Origin: Paraspadella gotoi | Taxonomy: Eukaryota; Animalia; Chaetognatha | Length of the DNA stretch: 64,000 nucleotides | Assembly (NCBI GenBank): GCA_051294375.1 | Contig: CM119267.1 | Span: 17,276,606 to 17,340,605 of the forward strand | Reading direction: 5' to 3' | Shown here: positions 61,763 to 64,000 of the stretch, piece after piece | Layout of the letters: each line of letters begins with the position of its first letter | How positions within the stretch are numbered: position 1 is the stretch's first letter | Program-made: the position numbers and the translations under genes | The notes under the pieces: generated by a model | The model's input: only the letters and a program-made list of their open reading frames with translations | Database searches by the model: none | What the model was told of the DNA's origin: nothing

Positions 61763-64000
61763 TCCTCTATCCTTACTCTCCCACAGACGACCACAGATCC
61801 GAGGAAGAGAAGAAGATCGACGGGACGATCAAGGAGCAGCTGCAAAAGTCGGAGCTGCAGCGGCTGGAGACACAGTTCTGCGACGAGCGGAACACCACGC
61901 TCAGCATGTTCCAGTTCATTCTCACCTCGGAGTATTCCCAACTGTGCAAACTTCTAGAAATGGCTGAATGTTTTCAGGTTGGCAAGATAAAATTTTGGAA
62001 GAGGGCAAAGGTTTTTCCTATGAAACCGATTAGGATTTTCTAAACGATCCGATTTTGTCATATTGATAGTAAAGCTTTTATTGAGTTTACATTGTCTTTA
62101 AAAGTTTCCTTTTTTTCTCATCTACATCAGCATTTGTGATCTTTCCGGGTAGTTGTAAGAATAGGGTTTCCCTCACCATTTCTTCTCAAGAGTTGTAATT
62201 GTTTAGCTAAATCAAGATTTATCCATTCATCTCATCGCATCCCACCATGTTTTTTTTTTCCTTCTTTTTACCGCTTCTTTTCTTTTTTTCCGCCATTTTT
62301 TTTCCTTCTGAAATTGAGGTTATCGCTGCGTTTTCTTTCGCCCTTTTTTTCTCCCTGGTGAAAATCGATATATTCTCAGCGGATGAATTCTCCTTCGCCT
62401 TGGCGCGAGTCACCGTCTCAGCCACGCCCATTCTCGGCGCCGAGGGATTCGACGACTACGCCATATTTTTTTTGGCTCGCCTTTGAACCGCGCCTTCGGC
62501 CCTGTGGCGCTATCGAGCAGCGTTCAGTTTTAAGTTGGCGCGGAAGAAAACTAACTCTTTTCGTCGTTGTGTTTGTTCGTCTTTTTAAGCTCGAACATTG
62601 CCATCGCGCGCCACCTAAAAAAATTTCGACCTATTCTAGACCTAATCTAGACCTATTTGATCATATTCGATCCTATACCTATTTGACGATGTCACGTAAT
62701 TCCAAGATTTGAAACCAAAAACTTTCTTGAGATCGGTTTATTTTTTCCCCCGTAAATTATAAACTTGCTGGTTTTAAATGGTACGTCCGATGGTTCTATT
62801 TTGTTCAATGTAGCACAGGGCATTTTATTCTATGAAGCGATTCCTCTTTTTTTTAAAATATTTCTCCGCCACCTGTTGCACCAACCCGCTTCCCCCATAC
62901 GTCAGGAATACCACCGCGAATGCTTCTACATGTACGAGACCCTCATCAAAAGCCTCCAGACCAAAGTGGTGCAACTGAAGCCTCCGCGCCAGTTCCGAGA
63001 GAATATCTTGGAGCCGCGCCCCAAATCAATGCGGGACAAGGCGACCAATCGGACGCCCAAGCCGAGACACAAGCATCGTCATCGCAAGCAACGGGAGGGG
63101 GAAGAGAGGAAGGTGGAGTCGGCGGAAGAGTGGGACGGACCGAACGGATCCGACTGGAGAGAGGGAAATATGGAGTGGCAAGCGCCGGAGCGGAACCTGT
63201 CGCGGAATGCCGGAAGCGTCGACGGTAACTCGGAAAGATTGAAACGAGATCTTGCTAATAGGAATTGAGTTAGAATTGGTGAGGTGGGATCTCGTTTAGT
63301 GATAAGTTTGAATAGTGCCAGCTCGTATGAAAAGGTCCGAGAGTATTTTTTTTTTCTGGCAATGACCAAAGAACACCCTTTGAATCATTTGCGATTGATC
63401 AACTTATTTAAAAAAAAAAAATTGTAAGATTACTTGTTTCACTATGTTGTACTAAATTTCAAAAGCGAGTCAGCGATTTGATTAAAACAACTTATATCGT
63501 CTTGTTAAAACTCTAAGGTTTTAAAATCGTCAGTTAGGATATATCGTCTCGGAAAAGAATTTTTTTTTTCTCTTCGAAAGGTGGAATGGGAGATTATGAA
63601 ATTGTGGCAGCGATTCAAACGTGGTGGGCCGATGGTTTGGGGAAGAGGAGGGAATGTAGAGAAGGGGGTGGGCGTTTAATTTTCTCGTTTAATAACTTAG
63701 TAACTTTAATAACTTTAATAGTTTAGTTAAGATCCTATTTATTAGAAACGATTGGAATCTTGATTTCTTCTCCTTAGCCTCCCTCCAACGAGATCCGTCG
63801 ATACTCGAACGACGACGACTGGACCCATTTACACTGGAGTCGCGTCGTTCACTCCAGCGACCGCTTCAGTATCATCAAGCCCCCAATCATCTGCAGCATC
63901 AACATCAACTGCCGATGCAACATCCGCAACAGCACTCTCCGGAAAATCAACACGTCCCCAAGCATCAACCGGAGCAGCAATTACATCACCCACAGCAACA
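51421..64000 (+). CDS. Large multi-exon protein with acidic/low-complexity N-terminus and internal endophilin-like BAR domain (3'-incomplete); exons ~51421-51515, 53719-53945, 54021-54405, 54520-~54998, 56562-56803, 56947-57050, 57793-57928, 59286-59436, 61043-61219, 61472-61558, 61787-61977, 62906-~63224, 63778->64000
   Basis: Spliced HIDDEYKDARHMAKIYHKFLHDIYHELTIALKPRP...YPEYKLGFIFQ|RFGRNCNVENSPLEEGLFEVGESFALKASLKEALFHDIVASFLNPLKEFL|TKDWPEMTIHDQHVEG...ETQFCDERNTTLSMFQFILTSEYSQLCKLLEMAECFQ|EYHRECFYMYETLIKSL parallels endophilin N-BAR helices. Exon phases are compatible; the 5' exons are less certain. Confidence 0.75.
54949..56400 (+). repeat. Tandem array, 11 units of ~125-150 bp, each = last ~46 nt of an exon + gtgag-type donor + GA-rich tract + (gata)n
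   Basis: Core agaaccatcatggacaagttgttgagcgccgggaacaagaacaagggtgag recurs at ~54950, 55091, 55214, 55348, 55487, 55631, 55770, 55909, 56056, 56197 and 56348. Confidence 0.95.
57094..57330 (-). repeat. Third copy of the 19995-20490 interspersed repeat, inside an intron
   Basis: Reverse complement matches gatagggaagcc...gaataaacgagactgtgaaagagtcttgattgaaagctt...caaagtcaggggcaagata. Confidence 0.85.
57908..61022. repeat. ~1.5-kb inverted duplication (arms 57908-59438 and 59545-61022) around N-gap 59439-59463
   Basis: The same ORF text appears on opposite strands (59307 + vs 59676 -; 58115 + vs 60896 -). Confidence 0.95.

Overview
Eukaryotic (invertebrate-animal-like) genomic DNA: AT-rich introns full of AG/CT and GAAA microsatellites, GC-rich exons, three N-gaps, and many single-base indels typical of a poorly polished long-read assembly. 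I assembled these spliced genes by hand: (1) the 3' part of an EGF + Sushi/CCP + transmembrane receptor (+, 2119-2921); (2) a group III secretory phospholipase A2 and (3) an intron-containing, DhlA-type (HLD-I) haloalkane dehalogenase-like hydrolase with an N-terminal hydrophobic extension, both on the minus strand, 300 bp apart, and both present twice in a ~6.2-kb-period direct duplication across a gap; (4) a large secreted coiled-coil + divergent fibrinogen-domain protein (-, 15534-19701); (5) a single-HMG-box low-complexity protein (+, 33616-37132); (6) a 2'-5'-oligoadenylate-synthetase-like nucleotidyltransferase with a frameshifted, unrecognised C-terminal extension (+, 40480-~41920); (7) an 11-coding-exon cytosolic Hsp90 with a strong upstream heat-shock element; (8) a long gene with an internal endophilin-like BAR domain that runs off the window and contains an 11-copy tandem array of its own splice donor plus a ~1.5-kb inverted duplication. 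Mobile DNA includes two tRNA-derived SINE-like elements, DINE-1/HINE-like elements, a small MITE and possible Penelope-like remnants with a decayed hammerhead. The best candidates for new biology are the OAS-like enzyme with its extra domain and the membrane-anchored HLD-I/PLA2 pair. No homology search could be run; all family calls rest on motifs recognised by eye.
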